A stretch of DNA of 64,000 nt from Octopus bimaculoides (Eukaryota). Shown here one piece after another: positions 63,810 to 64,000 of this stretch (its first letter is position 1; every line of letters starts with the position of its first letter). The position numbers and the translations under genes are program-made. The stretch lies in NCBI RefSeq assembly GCF_001194135.2, contig NC_068998.1, positions 17,559,061 through 17,623,060 of the forward strand. Direction: 5' to 3'. The notes under the pieces were generated by a model, which had not been told where the DNA came from, did no database searches, and was given only the letters and a program-made list of their open reading frames with translations.

Positions 63810-64000
63810 CGTGGCTGTGTGGTAAGTAGCTTGCTTACCAACCACATGGTTCCGGGTTCAGTCCCACTGCGTGGCACCTTGGGCAAGTGTCTTCTACTAT
63901 AGCTTCGGGCCGACCAAAGCCTTGTGAGTGGATTTGGTAGACGGAAACTGAAAGAATCCCGTCGTATATATGTATATATATATATATATATATAGATATA
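63810..64000 (+). mobile_element. SINE family A 5' half at the window end
   Basis: gtggctgtgtggtaagtagcttgcttaccaaccacatggttccgggttcagtcccactgcgtggc... Confidence 0.92.

Overview
AT-rich, microsatellite- and SINE-dense animal genomic DNA with eight N-gaps. The repeat families look like those of octopod cephalopods; this is recognition from sequence, not a database hit. The main content is one + strand gene reconstructed by hand from 14 coding exons (10127-42428, 1800 nt, 599 aa), all GT-AG and phase-compatible. It encodes an SLC6/NSS (neurotransmitter:sodium symporter)-fold membrane protein that the ORF track largely misses. The ORF is intact and keeps SLC6 landmarks (EL2 C-x8-C, TM2-TM12 spacing), but the canonical Na+, Cl- and substrate-binding motifs of TM1, TM3, TM6, TM7 and TM8 are absent, suggesting a pseudo-transporter or repurposed SLC6. 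Its introns hold a near-perfect ~210-bp inverted repeat with hammerhead-like cores, a misplaced 59-nt copy of exon 5, a 5'-truncated Tx1/L1 element inside an (ATT)n tract, and a CpG-rich patch with well-formed antisense splice sites. The downstream 20 kb carries Tc1 and pogo/Tigger transposase pseudogenes, MITEs, an RTE 3' end, a tRNA-Thr-like relic and many SINEs, with a visible switch from CpG-decayed to CpG-intact SINE copies near 52 kb. No CRISPR array or rRNA was found.
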